From the NCBI RefSeq assembly GCF_963921235.1, contig NC_086103.1, positions 4,836,001-4,900,000 of the forward strand: DNA of 64,000 nt. The letters are read 5' to 3'. The position numbers and the translations under genes were made by a program. The first letter of the stretch is position 1, and each line of letters starts with the position of its first letter. This document shows, one piece after another, positions 22,568-35,651 of this stretch. This stretch comes from Mobula hypostoma. Its lineage: Eukaryota. The notes under the pieces were generated by a model. The model saw nothing but the letters and a program-made list of their open reading frames with translations. It did not search any database and was not told where the DNA came from.

Positions 22568-24399
22568 ATGGCAAGACTATAAGATATAGGAACAGAATTA
22601 GGTTATTTGACCCATTGAGTCTGCTCCGCCATTTCATCATGGCTGATCCATTTCCCTCTCAGCTTCAGTCTCCTGCTTTCTCCCCGTATCCTTTCATGCC
22701 CTGACAAATCAGGAATCCATCAAACTCTGCCTTAAATATACCTGATGACTTGGCCTCCACAGCCACCTGTGGGAACGAATTCACAAATTCACCACCCTCT
22801 GGAGAAATAAATTCCTCCTTATCACCGTTCTAAATGGATGTTCTGATGTTAACCATGAATATAACATTGCTATTCCTATTTTGAACTATGTACTTTATTT
22901 TTTATTATTGTAACTTATTATAACTTTTTATATCTGCACTCTACAGCTGTCACAAAACAACAAATTTAATGACTTATGTCAGTGTTAATAAACCTGATTC
23001 TAATTCTGATTCAGATATGCTGAGTACCAATGGGCAAAATGGCATTTTCAATAGCAAAAGATAAAAAGTCAATCAGCATATCACAGACACAGACTGTTCA
23101 TAAAATCATTACTGATTTGATTTGATTGTAGCTGGACTGAAAACTCTACATTTCTGTCTAGTCACGGTAACCATTCCCCTTCATTTTTACCAAGTGTCTG
23201 TTGAACTAGAAGAAAGATGTTGTGGCTGCCTATAGATCTTGTCTTCATTCAAAATAATCTCTGTTTTACACCAACTGGCTAAAGGGTTTACTTTAAGTTA
23301 GGCAAAAATCTGCCTTGTTTTCCAAATGAATATCAATGCTTTCAAAGTTCAAAGTTTATTATCGAAGTATGCATATGCCTCTGTCTATTACCCTGAGATT
23401 CATTTTCTTGTACGTGTTCACGTAGAACAAAGAAATACAACAGAATCAATGAAAAACTACACACAAACACTGACAAAAACAATATATATATATAATAAGT
23501 AAATAAATAATATCGAGAACATGAGTTGTAGAGTCCTTGAAAGTGACTTCATAGGTTGTGGAATCAATTCAGTGTCGAGTGAGTGAAGTTATCCAGGCTT
23601 GTTCAGGAGCCTGATATTTGAAGGGTAATAAGTGTTCCTGAACGTGATGGTTTGGGACTTAAGACTCCTGATGGCAGCAGCGAAAAGAGAGCATGGTCTG
23701 GATGGTGGAGGTCCTTGATGATGGATGCTGCTTTCTTATGATAGCGCTATTTGCGGACGTGCTCAATTGTGGGGAGGGCTTTTCCTCTGATGGACTGCAC
23801 TGCCTCCTAGTTAATCCTGCATCAGCCCTGTCTCTGGCCAGCCGTGTACAAACATCAATAGACTGAGGGTGACTAAATTCTTCCACTGATATGCAAGTGC
23901 TCCACTGGTAAATAGTTAATGCAAGACTTGGAAAATAGATATCTAGTTCAAGTTCCTGGGTGTAATCAACTCAGAGGATCTCAGTAGGAGCAGTATTGCG
24001 ATCACTCGAGGCGAGTATGGTGTTCTGCGAAGGCAACGGTTCCCAGCCTGGGGTTCACTATTCCTCAGCTAATGCATAAAAAAGGTTGGGAACCCCTGTC
24101 CCAAGGGGTTATCTATTGGTTGGTCCTCAAGTGGCAGTAGAGGCCAATCCGGACCCACTTCCCCACTGTGCTCAGTAAGGAGTGTGTACATTCTCCCCGT
24201 GACCGCCTGGGTTTCATGAGGGTGCTCCGGTTGCCACCCGCAGTCCAAAGGTATAGTGTTTGGTAGGTTAATTGGTCGTTGTAAATTGTCCCATAATTAG
24301 GCCATGGTTAAATCAGGAGTTGCTGGGCAGCACGTCTTGAAGGGCCTGATCTGCACTGTATCTCAATAAATAAATAAATTAAATAAATAAAGATTCTGG

Positions 24400-27300
24400 C
24401 GCCGTGTGGACACGAGTGAGTGGCAGCTGTGGTTTGTGGTTTTGTCTTTTGCATTTTGCATCTGCTGCTAGCTGTCTGGTCAGGGTCTATCCAAACCAGA
24501 AACACTGGATCGACAGTTCTGTGCGGGCAGCACTTACCACGCGACACGGAGTTTACGTTGCCATTAATCAGCAGGAGCTCAAGAAATGCAACTACAATCT
24601 GCACAAAGTCATCATGGCAGCAAAACAATACAGAGACAAGATTCAGACTCAACTTTCCACCAGCAACTCTTGCAGCTTATGGAAAGGTCAACACACCATC
24701 GCAGACTTCAAAGCTCAATGCAGTGGAGTTTCCAACATCGATGTCTCTCTCCCAGAGAAGCTAAATCTTTTTTTACGCTCGATTCGACATTGCCAATACT
24801 GAGCCCCTGAGGAGACCTGCAGATGACGCGACTGGCAGCTTGGTCATCTCTGAGGCCAAAGTACGCAGGTGTTTCCAACAGGTGGACAGTCGCAAGGCCA
24901 AGGGACCGGACGGCATACCAGGGTGAATACTCAGGACGTGCGTGGCACAACTGGCAGATGTGTTTACAGACATTTTTAATCTCTCCCTCTCCCAGTGTAG
25001 ACTGCCCTCCTGCTTCAAAACATTCACCATTGCTCCGGTACATAAAAAGACCAAGGTAACCTGTCTGAACGACTGGCATCCTGTTGCACTCACCTCAATA
25101 ATAAGCAAATGCTTTGAGAGACCGGTCAAGGACTACAATTGCAGCATGCTGCCATCCACACTGGACCCCTTACAATTCACCTACCGACACAACCGATTGA
25201 CAGACAAAACAATAGCCACAGTTCTGCACACACCATCCTTACACATCTGGAGAAGAGGGATGTTTATGTGAGAATGCTGTTCTTGGACTACAGTTCAGCA
25301 TTCAACACCACAATTCCCTCCGGGCTCGACAAGAAGCTCAGAGACCTCAGCCTTCACTCTGCATTGTGTAGCTGGATCCTGGACTTCCTGTCAGAGCACC
25401 AGCAGGTGGTAAGTGTGGACTCTCTCACCTCCGACCCTCAACACAGGTGCCCCTCTGGGCTGTGTACTAAGCACCTTCCTTTACTTTCTGTATACCCATG
25501 ACTGTGTCACCACCCACCGCTCCAATCTGCTAATTAGATTTGTTGATGACACTGCACTGTCTCAAATAACAATGAGGCACCCTACAGAGAAGAAGTCATC
25601 ATCCTGACACAGTGGTGTCAGGAATTATAGACTAGTTACCCTGACATCAGTGGTGGGGAAGATGCTGGAGTCAATTATAAAAGGTGAAATTGTGGCATAT
25701 TTGGATAGCAGTAACAGGATCTGTCCAAGTCAGCATGGATCTACAAAGGGGAAATCATGCTTGACTAATCTCTTGGAATTTTTTGAGGATGTAACTAGGA
25801 AAATGGTCAAGGATGTAGTGTACCTGGACCTTCAGAAAGCCTTTGATAAGGTCCCACATAGGAGATTAGTGGGCAAAATTAGAGCACATGGTATTGGGGG
25901 TGTTGGAAAATAGTTTGGCAGACAGGAAACAAAGAATAGGGATTAACGGGTCCCTTTCAGAATGGTAGGCAGTGACTAGTGGGGTACTGCAAGGCTTGGT
26001 GCTGGGACCGCAGCTATTTACAATATACATTAATGATTTAGATGAAGGGATTAAAAGTAACATTAGCAAATTTGTAGATGACACAAAGCTGGGTGGCAGT
26101 GTGAAATATGAGGAGGATGTTATGTGAATGCAGGGTGACTTAGATAGTTTGGGTGAGTGGGCAGATGCAGTTTAATGTAGATAAATGTGAGGTTATCCAC
26201 TTTAGTGGCAAGAATAGGAAGGCAGATTATTATCTGAATGGTGTCAAGTTAGGAAAAGGGGAAGTACCACGAGATCTAGGTGTCCTTGTTCATCAGTCAC
26301 TGAAAGAAAGCATGCAGGTACAGCAGGCAGTGAAGAAAGCTAATGGCATGTTGGCCTTCATAACAAGGGGAGTTTAGTATAGGAGCAAAGAGGTCCTTCT
26401 GCCGTTGTACAAGGCCCTGGTGAGACCACACCTGGAGTATTGTGTGCAGTTTTGGTCTCCAAATTTGTGGAAGGACATTCTTGCTATTGAGGGAGTGCAG
26501 CGTAGGTTCACGAGGTTAATTCCCGGGATGGCAGGTCTGTCATATGTTGAAAGATTGGAGTGACTGGGCTTGTATGCACTGAAATTTAGAAGGTTGAGAG
26601 GGGATCTGATTGAAACATATAAGATTATTAAGGGATTGGACATGCTAGAGACAGGAAACATGTTCCCGATGTTGGGGGAGTCCAGAACCAGAGGCCACGG
26701 TTTAAGAATAAGGGGGTAGGCCATTTAAAATGGAGTTGAGGGAAAACTTTTTCACCCAGAGAGTTTTGGATCTGTGGAATGCTCTGCCTCAGAAGGCAGT
26801 GGAGGCCAGTTCTCTGGATGCTTTCAAGAGAGAGTTAGGTAGAGCTCTTAAAGATAATGGAGTCAAGGGATATGGGGAGAAGGCAGGAATCGGGTACTGA
26901 TTGTGGATGATCAGCCATGATCATAGTGAATGGCGGTGCTGGCTTGAAGGGTCGAGTGGCCTACTCCTTCACCTATTGTCTGTTGTTTATTGTGTATAAA
27001 ACAACCTCTTGCTCAATGTCACAAAAACAAAGGAGCTGGTTGTGGATTACAGGAGGAATGGAGACAGGCCAACCCCTATTGACATCAATGGATCTGGGGT
27101 TGAGAGTGTGAACAGCTTTAAGTTCCTCAGCATAAACATCACTGAGGATTTCAAGTGGTCTGTACATACCGGCTGTATGGTGAAAAAGGCACAACAGTGC
27201 CTCTTTCATCTCAGACGGTTGAAAAAGTTTGACATGGGCCCCCAAATTCTAAGAACTTTCTATAGGGGAACAATTCAGAACACCCTGACTGGCTGCATCA

Positions 27301-27420
27301 CAGCCTGGTATGGGAACTGTACTTCCCTCAACTGCAGAACTCTGCAAAGAGTGGTGTGGACAGCCCAATGTTTCTGTAGATGTGAACTTCCCGCTATTCA
27401 GGACATTTACAGAAAACATT
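24400..27420 (+). mobile_element. Long degenerate Rex1/Babar LINE (RT region) interrupted by a CR1
   Basis: CLNDWHPVALTSIISKCFER, LDPLQF, LFLDYSSAFNT, GAPLGCVLS, RFVDD; resumes as NNLLLNVTKTKEL after 26997. Confidence 0.9.
25621..26997 (+). mobile_element. 5'-truncated CR1 LINE nested in the Rex element
   Basis: SCLTNLLEFFEDVT, YLDLQKAFDKVPH, QFNVDKCEVIHF with frameshifts; CR1 3'UTR; related to 10053-12080. Confidence 0.9.
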
Positions 27421-28159
27421 GCCAAGATCTGCCTTGTCTCCCTTCTTGAATATGGTCACTACTAAAGCACCCCTGAGCTCGGAGGGCAGTTGTTCCTTTC
27501 CCAGATCGTCAGGAACAGAGAGGTGATGCAGGAATACTGGTCCACCTTCCTTGATTATCTCTGCTAGGATCCCATCAGGAGCAAAGCTTTGTTACTTTTC
27601 AGGATCCTGATGGAATCACTTACCTCTTAAATACCATTAAGATAGCACCATTCAGTGATAACTCTTTGTGTACCGCTCTGATGCGACTCATAATGTTCCC
27701 ATTATTAACTACTATAACTGAAATCCACATTCACAGCCATGGCTACTTCAGTAAACAGCATCGTTTTCAGACATTTAAAAAATCTATCAATACTCAAAAT
27801 CAATGAACCTTGGACAGCAGACTCAGATTGTGAGTGCTGTTCCCCTTTAAGAAAACAGAAGCAGGGATGGAGCACCAATCAACAGGTACGATTAAAATGC
27901 AGAGGCTTTACACTTACAGTCGTGACTATCCTTCTGGCAGATGTACAATCTCTGGAAAATAAACCTGAAGACACCTGAAGAAGGCAGCATCCTAATGAAG
28001 GACCTTCCCATCCAGAACATGCCCTCATCTCATCAATCACTCTCATCAGTGAGGAGGCACAGGAGCCTGAAGACCCACACTCAAAGTTTTAGGAACAGCT
28101 TCTTTCCCGCCACCGTGGAATTTCTGAATGGTCCCTGAACCCACAAACACTACCTCATT

Positions 28160-28293
28160 TTCAAACAAGAGAAAATCTGCAAAAGCTGGAAATCCAAGCA
28201 ACACACACAAAATGCCGGAGAACTCAGCAGGTCAGGCAGCATCGATGGAAAAGAGTATTGTCGACATTTTGGGCCGAAACCCTTCAGCAGAAC
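28160..28293 (-). mobile_element. ~134-bp PLE mini-unit (hammerhead motif + structured tail)
   Basis: 14-bp TSD AACACTACCTCATT (28146-28159) / AACGCTACCTCATT (28294-28307). Confidence 0.8.
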
Positions 28294-28816
28294 AACGCTA
28301 CCTCATTAATCAACTTCTCTGTTATTTATTTATTTTTGTTCTTATAGTAATTTTTAAGTCATGCATGATATATCAAAGTTCAAAGTAAATTTATTATCAA
28401 AATACATACGTGTATGTCACCATACACAACTCTGAGATTCATTTTCTTGTTAGTATTCATAGTAAATACAAAGAAGCAAAAAAAAGCGATAACTATCAAG
28501 AAAATTAGATGAAGAGCCCTTGAAAGTGAGTCCATAGGTTGTGGGAACTTTCAGTATTGAGGTAAGTGAAGTTATTCTCTTTGTTCAGAATCCTGATGGT
28601 TGAAGGGTAATAACTATTCCTGAACCTTGTGGTGTGGGTCCTGAAGCTCCTGTACCTCTTTCCTAATGGCAACAGTGAGAGACTTCAATCAGGCTTGTTT
28701 GAAGGAATGTCACTGACAATAAACGCTATTCTGATTCTGATTCTATAGCCTCTGCACTGTGTCTGTCTACCTGCACTGTACTGTACGTTCCCTGTAGCTG
28801 CTACACTATGTTCTGC

Positions 28817-29185
28817 AGCAACATACACAAAATGCTGGAGGAACTCGGCAGGTCCAGCAAAACAGTCGACATTTCGTCCTGAGGCCCTTCTTCAGGACTG
28901 GAGAGGAAGGGGGAAGACACCGAGTAAAAAAGATGGGGGGAGGGGAAGGAGAATAGCTAGAAAGTGATAGGTGAAGCCAGGTGGGTAGGAAAGATAAGCG
29001 GCCAGAGATGAAGGAATCTGATAGGAGGAGAGAGTAGATGATAGGAGAAAGGGAAGGAGATGGGGAACCAGAGGGAAGTGATAGGCAGGTGAGAAGATTT
29101 AAGTGGCTAGGGTGGAGAATAGAAGAGGATTTTACCAGAAGCAGGAATTGATATTCGTACCATCAGGTTAGAGGCTACCCAGAAG
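28817..29185 (-). mobile_element. PLE 3' terminus fragment
   Basis: Homologous to 2117-2540. Confidence 0.8.
28863..28900 (-). ncRNA. Minimal type I hammerhead ribozyme motif (best-preserved core in the window)
   Basis: CAGUC-CUGAAGA-A-GGGCCUCAGGAC-GAAA-U-GUC-GACUG: stem I CAGUC/GACUG, intact CUGANGA, GAAA and GUC; stem II partly decayed. Confidence 0.7.
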
Positions 29186-31269
29186 AAATATTCTGCTTTC
29201 TGTTTTCTTTTTACCTCTTCAATATAATTATGTATGGCACGATCAATACCCAACATTTGAAATAACAGGTTTAAGTAATTCAAAACTATAAATTATTTTA
29301 AGAATCAAGAAAAAAGTGGACAAAACAATTCCTTAAAATTCTCAAAATCAATGAAAGTGTGTAAGATTAGTTAAAATAAAGGGGGAAAAAAGTAAATAGA
29401 TAACTTCAAATTCAGGATGAATGTCCCTCATTCAGATGAAAGTGGATATGTTACTTACATTGCCCTTTTTTGTAAAGTCAAGTGACAGATTCCAAGTCCA
29501 TCTGGGCACTCTCTTCACAACGCCAATGTTCTGTTGCTTGACTCAAGGGTGACTCCATTTGTGAAGCAGAAGATCAGTCTCACAAGGCGCCTGACCTTTT
29601 GCTCATCTTTTGCACTTGCAATTCTATGTGCAGTCACATTCTGTGCGCGGAGGGTGAGCATTGCTGGGTAGGGCAGTGTTTAATACCCATTCTTAACAGC
29701 CATTTAAAAGAGAAAAATTAATCCACTTTTATCTTACAGTTAGCAGGGCAGGAACATGGGAGTGAATGGCCTATCTCTACTTCTGTTGCCTGATGCTCAT
29801 CAACATGAAAGATTAAAAGACGCCTCCACAAGACCGCAAGAAATTATAGACAGTTGTGGACACAGCTCAGTAAGTCACAGAAACCAGCCTTCCTTCCATG
29901 AACTTAGTCAATGCTTTTGACCTCCCCAGTAAAGCAGCCAACATAATCAAAGATCCTACCATCCGAGACATTCTCACTTCTCCCCTCTCCTGTCAGGCCT
30001 AAGATACAAAAACTTGAGGCTCAAGGACAGCTTCTATCCCATTGTTATCGGACTCTTGAATGGACCTCTTGTACAATAAGATGGATTCTTAGCCTCACAA
30101 CCTATGATCTTGCCTATAATGCAATTCCTTGGTAGCTTTTACACTTTATTCTGCATTGCTGTTGTTTTACCTTAATATACTGTGTAATGATTTGATCTTT
30201 TTGAACAGTATGCAAGACAAGCTTTTCACTGTTTCTTAATTCATGTAACAATAATAAACTAACCATCACCAAAACAATGCACGTCAAAAGAATCTGCTTT
30301 TCCCAAAGAGTAGTGAATTTGTGGAATTCTTTACAGGAAGCAACTGAGGCAACCTCATTAAATGCATTTAAGTTCCAGTGAGATAGTTTTTTGCACAGCA
30401 AGGGAATTGAGGTCGATTGGGAAAAGGCAGGGAGGTGGGGCTGAGTCCATGCCCAGGATCAGCCATGATCTTATTGAATGGTTCGAGAGGCCAGATGGCA
30501 GACTCTTGGTGGTCCTAGTCCTTATGGTCTTATGTTCACTTGGAGAGCGCCTTGGTGTAATGTCTGACGGCATTCGAGGGAATGCAACATGTCTACAGCC
30601 CTGTTCTGAAGGCCCAGCCTCCATTTTATATTCATACATGAAGAGAAATTGTGAGGTTCATGTCAGTTTCATGATGTATGGACAATGAGCCCATAAGACA
30701 TCACAGCAGAATTATGCCGTTTGGCCCATTGAGTCTGCTCAGCTATTCGAATCATGACTGATTTATTTTCCCTCTCAACCCCATTCTCCTGCCTTCTCCC
30801 CATACCTTTGATGCCCTTACTAATCAAGAGCCTATCAATCTCCACTTCAAATATTCCTCAATAACTTGGTCTCCATAGCCATCTGTGGCAATGAATTCAC
30901 CACCCTGACCAAAGAAAATCCTCCTCGTCTCTGTTCTAAAGGACATCCTCATATTCTGAGGCTGTGCCCTCGGTCCCCACTATAGGAAACATCCTCTCCA
31001 CATCCACTCTATGTAGGCCTTACATTATTTAATAGGTTCCAATGTGATCCTCCCTCATTCTTCCAAACTTCAGTAAGTACAGGTCCAGGGCCATAAAACA
31101 CTCCTCATGTTCACAAACATAAGAGATGGTTTCATTATCACTGGTGCTGCAAATTCCAGGCCAAAGAACCTCCATTGCTCTCTGCTTAGAATCTAAGGTT
31201 AAGTTCACTGGCACTGTAAGTCAAATGCACCCCCTTATGTAATGGCTGGGACAAGATCACTTCAATGAT

Positions 31270-32250
31270 TTGAATTGAATTGAATTGACTTCATTACTTA
31301 CATCCTTCAAGTACATGAGGAGTAAAGATCTTTGTTACATCTCCATTCAAATGTGAATGGTGTAATTCATAGTAATTTATAATAAATATTATGTACAATA
31401 GGATAGTCAATATAACATAGAAATACAGTAGCGTCAGCATGAATTAAGCAGTCTGATGGCCTGGTGGAAGAAGCTGTTCTGGAGCCTGTTGGTCCTGGGT
31501 TTTTGCTGCGGCACCGTTTCCCAGATGGTAGCAGCTGGAACAGTTTGTGGTTGGGGTGACTTGGGTCTCCAGTGATACTTCGGGCCCCTTTTTGCACACC
31601 TGTCTTTCTAAAGTCCTGAATAGTGGGAAGTTCACACCTACAGGTGTGCTTGTCTGTCCACACCATTCTCGGCAGGATCCTGCAATTGAGGGAAGTACAG
31701 TTCCCATACCAGGCAGTGATTCAGCCAGTCAGGGTGCTCTCATGTAGAACATAGAATAGTACAGCACAGTACAGGCCCTTCGGCCCACAATGTTGTGCCG
31801 ACCCTCAAACCCTGCCTCCCATATAACCCCCCACCTTAAATTCCTCCATATACCTGTCTAGTAGTCTCTTAAACTTCACTAGTGTATCTGCCTCCACCAC
31901 TGACTCATTCCACGCACCAACCACTCTCTGAGTAAAAAACCTTTCTCTAATATCCCCCTTGAACTTCCCACCCCTTACCTTGAAGCCATGTCCTCTTGTA
32001 TTGAGCAGTGGTGCCCTGGGGAAGAGGCGCTGGCTATCCACTCTATCTATTCCTCTTATTATCTTGTACACCTCTGTCATGTCTCCTCTCATCCTCCTTC
32101 TCTCCAAAGAGTAAAGCCCTAGCTCCCTTAATCATGCCGCAATAAAAAGAACTTGGGGGTCCATACCAAACTTCTTCAGTCATCTGAGGTGAAAGAGGTG
32201 TTATTGAGCCATTTTTCTTAACCACACAGCCAGTAAGTACAGACCAGGTG
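31270..32250 (-). mobile_element. Rex/Babar 3' fragment with a nested CR1 3' end (~31744-32130)
   Basis: DPSHPNHKLFQLLPSGKR (Rex); ERRRMRGDMTEVYKIIRGIDRV (CR1). Confidence 0.8.
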
Positions 32251-32751
32251 AAGCATGGCATGATCCCAGTGTGTCATCCAACCTGACAGGGAGAAATTCT
32301 GAGAATGTCAGAATTGCAAAGAGAAAAATGATAGAATATAAGGTAAGCAGAGCTAGGGGTGTCTGTACTTTACTTACTTACACCAACTAGTGGCCAGAAT
32401 AAAAATTGTTCCTACATGAGATGAAAGGGAAGCAAAATACTGTCCATGCTGGAAATCTGAAATAAAGCAGACATGCTCAAAGCAATTGGCACGTTGGGGT
32501 ACATCTGTGGAGAGAGAAATAGGATTAACTTTTCAGGCTTGTGATTGCTCATTGAATCTGCCAGACACATCATTCCATACACACGTACATCAAAGTTGTG
32601 AAAAGTAAAACAGAAAGTAGAATATAGTGTTGCAGTTACAAAGTGCAGTGCAGGCAGACAAATCAAGTGCAAGGGCCATGACGAGGTGGATTGGGAGGTG
32701 AAGAGGTCAGCTTTTAGTGCATGAGATCCTTTCGAGAATCTGATTTACTGG

Positions 32752-33299
32752 CTAGGAGAGCCATTTTATTGAAGTGGAAGGATTCTAATCCACCTACGGT
32801 CTTTTACTGGCTCTCCTCCATTATGTCCTGTTTAAGTTTAGAGAAAATAGGAAGTTGGACATTTGGCACATCCTTTAAATTTGAGCAAATCTGGTGACCT
32901 TTTATCCAATATTTTCATTTAATTTGATTTATTACTCTTTTAATTTTTTTTCAAAGTTTTAGATTTGATCAGAAAGTCTTTTTTTTTATCGTATCCTCAA
33001 AATGGACTGCCCAGTCCCTTTTTTTCTGTTTTTTTTAATATATAGTGTACAGTAGGGTTTTTTTTCCTTCATTTAAAACTCAATGCTTTTTCTTTTCTCT
33101 TCATAAACTGATAGGAGGAGAATTGCTACTTTCATTTTTTTAATTTATATTTTATACTATTTTAACAATATCTATGATTTTGACAACGTCTATCTTAATC
33201 TTGGTTTATATTGTTAATGATATATATATTTGAGATAATTCTCCTCTTGATTGTATTTATGCTCCTTTTAAATCAATAAAAAGATTAAGAAAGAAAAAA
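32752..33299 (+). mobile_element. L1-clade LINE 3' end
   Basis: AILLKWKDSNPPTVFYWLSSIMSCLSLEK...FEQIW*PF, T-rich 3'UTR, AATAAA then A-rich tail. Confidence 0.7.
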
Positions 33300-33324
33300 T
33301 CTGATTATTGTTATCATTTCAGAA

Positions 33325-34165
33325 TTATGGAGTCATACAACATAGAAACAGGCTCTTCAGCCCAATTCATTCATGCTGACCACTCATTCATATTTCCCAT
33401 CCGCCTGTGTTGACACAAAGCCCTGTAGGCCTCTTCTATCCATTTACTTACCGAGATGGCTTTTAAATATTGCTATTGTGCTCGCCTCAACTATTGTTTC
33501 TGGCAGCGCGTTTCAAGTATGAAACACCCTTTTCATGAAGAACTTGATGTGGCGAGGATATTTCCTATGGTGGAGAGTATCCAGAACGAGAGAGCAGCGC
33601 CTCAAAATTGAGGGATGGCCCTTTAGAACAGAGGTAAGGAGGAATTCCTTTCGTTAGAGAGTAGTAAATCTGTGGAATGCTCTGCCACAGACTGCAGTGG
33701 ACGCCAAGTCCATGCGTATATTTAAGGCGGAAGTTAATTGTTTCCTAATTGGTCAGGGCATCAAAGGATATGGCGAGAAGGTAGGTGTAAGGATTTGAGT
33801 TAGATCCAGGATCAGCCATGATGGAATGGCAGAGCAGACTCAATGTGCTGAATGGCTGAATTCTGCTCTTAGCTTTGTGGTCTAATGGTTTTATTGTCTT
33901 CATTTAGATGAGGAAGAATTTCTTTTTACAGAGGGTAATGGAAGTGTGGCATTCATTGCCACAGGTAGCAGTGGAGGCCAAGTGATTGAGTAGACAGAGA
34001 GGAGGTTGATAGGTATTTAATTAGTAAAGGTATCAAAGGTTACGGGAAGAAGGCAGGAGAATGCCGTTGAGAGGGATAATAAGTCAGCCATGATGTAATG
34101 GCAGAGCAGACGTAATGGGCCAACTGGCCTCGGCTTTTCCTACGTCTTATGGTCTTATGGTCTAA
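33325..34165. mobile_element. Cluster of three CR1 3' ends (one minus, two plus)
   Basis: Repeated AATCTGTGGAAT / GGATATGG / CAGCCATGATG CR1 3' motifs. Confidence 0.7.
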
Positions 34166-34959
34166 CTTAGCTCGAGTTTGAGAAGAGATTTGACAGTGGT
34201 ACAAAAGACCACAATAAGTTTAGACAATGGGATAAATGCGGAGAAGTTGGTCCCTCTAGTGAATGGTTCATCCCAGAGAATGCACCTGATGGACTCGGTT
34301 ATAGAAGATGCTATATGAGACAATATATTTTTATGCAGTGGGTGGTTCCCAGAGGAAAAGAGAGCTTCAGTGTAATTCCATTAAAATGAAAAGAACACCC
34401 GACAATGGTGTAAACAGCCAGTATGTCAGGCAACCTCTGTGGGGAAAGAATTAATATTTCATGCAGTAACACATCTCTATACATGGCTTTTCGCTGTACC
34501 TCAGTACACCTGCTAATAATAAGCCAATTCCAATTCCTCTGTTGTTAGTTGAAGTTATTCTTGGTATTTGGTCATTGAATAGCCTGCTGCAGGATGGCCA
34601 CGTCTCAGAAGACATCTTCCATGTTGGGGCTTCGCAGCCTGCAGTGCATGGACCGCTTGTTTAATGCTATTGGTGCATGGCATAAAAAAAAGGTTGTGAA
34701 CCTCTGCCCAACAGTGAGTTGGCTTCAGCAAGAGCGTCGCTGGCTGCCTACAGGATGTCTGCAAGTGGGACACCAAGGTGTTGGCATCAACTATGAGTCC
34801 TGGGAGTAGAGAAACACCCTGAAACAACACCTTAAGTCTGGTGTGGTTATCTACCTGGCACGGTTGGCGAAGAAAAGTTCCTGAAAGTGACAGAAAACAA
34901 GTGGGCCCACAGAAAGGAATGCTACCCAAAAAGGCTCAATATTCAGTACAGGCATCCAT

Positions 34960-35651
34960 ATCATCACCCTGGCTTGGCTTCACCAACGAAGATTTAGGAA
35001 GGGGGCTGCCCACGTCTTCTGCAGGCTCGTTGGTGGCTGACGAGGCCAACACAGGACAGGCAGGCCCAGCCACAGCGGCTGTGAGGGAAATTCTGTTTGG
35101 GGAGGATGGTTGTAGATGTGGATGTGTCCTTCAGCCTGTGCAGTAGTATTTTAGGTGAAGTGCAGTTTTCGCGGTACTGGCCCCACCCTTTACACGCGGG
35201 GTTCATCTGCCATAGCCGAGCAAGCTGGGACAGTGACAGCGGGGTCCTCGGGTCGTAGGAGTTACGTCGGAGTGTCCTTCTCCTGGGTGGATGGCCTGAC
35301 AAGGCTAACGAGCCCCGCGTGCCCGGGTTTGGATTCAGAGTTGTCCTTCTCTTAGGCTGGCTGCCAACCAAGGCTAACGAGCCCAGCCGACCCATCCAGT
35401 TATACCGCCGGATACTCGGTCGCGCCATGACGTAGCAAGCTCGGTGGAAACGGGGGGGCACCGACGGGAAGGTGTTGCTACGGATGCAGTAATGTAGGAG
35501 AGGCCGTTTGCAGTGGCCTCCTGCCTAGCAGGCCAGACAGTGACCACGCGGCGATCACCACACTGGGAAAGGAGAGGCGATGTATTGCACGTACACTTTC
35601 CCTGGGTGAGCTGGACGTCAGGCCCAGACCTCACCCGGGACCCCCCCCCCC
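34960..35651 (-). mobile_element. Complete non-autonomous bipartite RTE element (5'UTR joined to ORF C-terminus + tail)
   Basis: 11-bp TSD CAGGCATCCAT (34949-34959) / CAGGCATTCAT (35652-35662); RTE C-terminal C-x-S-x-(I/V)GL-x-SH motif (CLSCVGLVSHQRAC); TGATGAT tail. Confidence 0.85.
35431..35651 (-). ncRNA. Candidate HDV-like self-cleaving ribozyme at the 5' end of the RTE element
   Basis: 5' G-run (P1) ... CGUAGCAA(C) [P2] ACC [P3] UUCCCGUC [L3] GGU GCCCCCCC [P1'] GU UUCCA CCGA [J4/2, CNRA] GC UUGCUACG [P2']. Confidence 0.7.
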
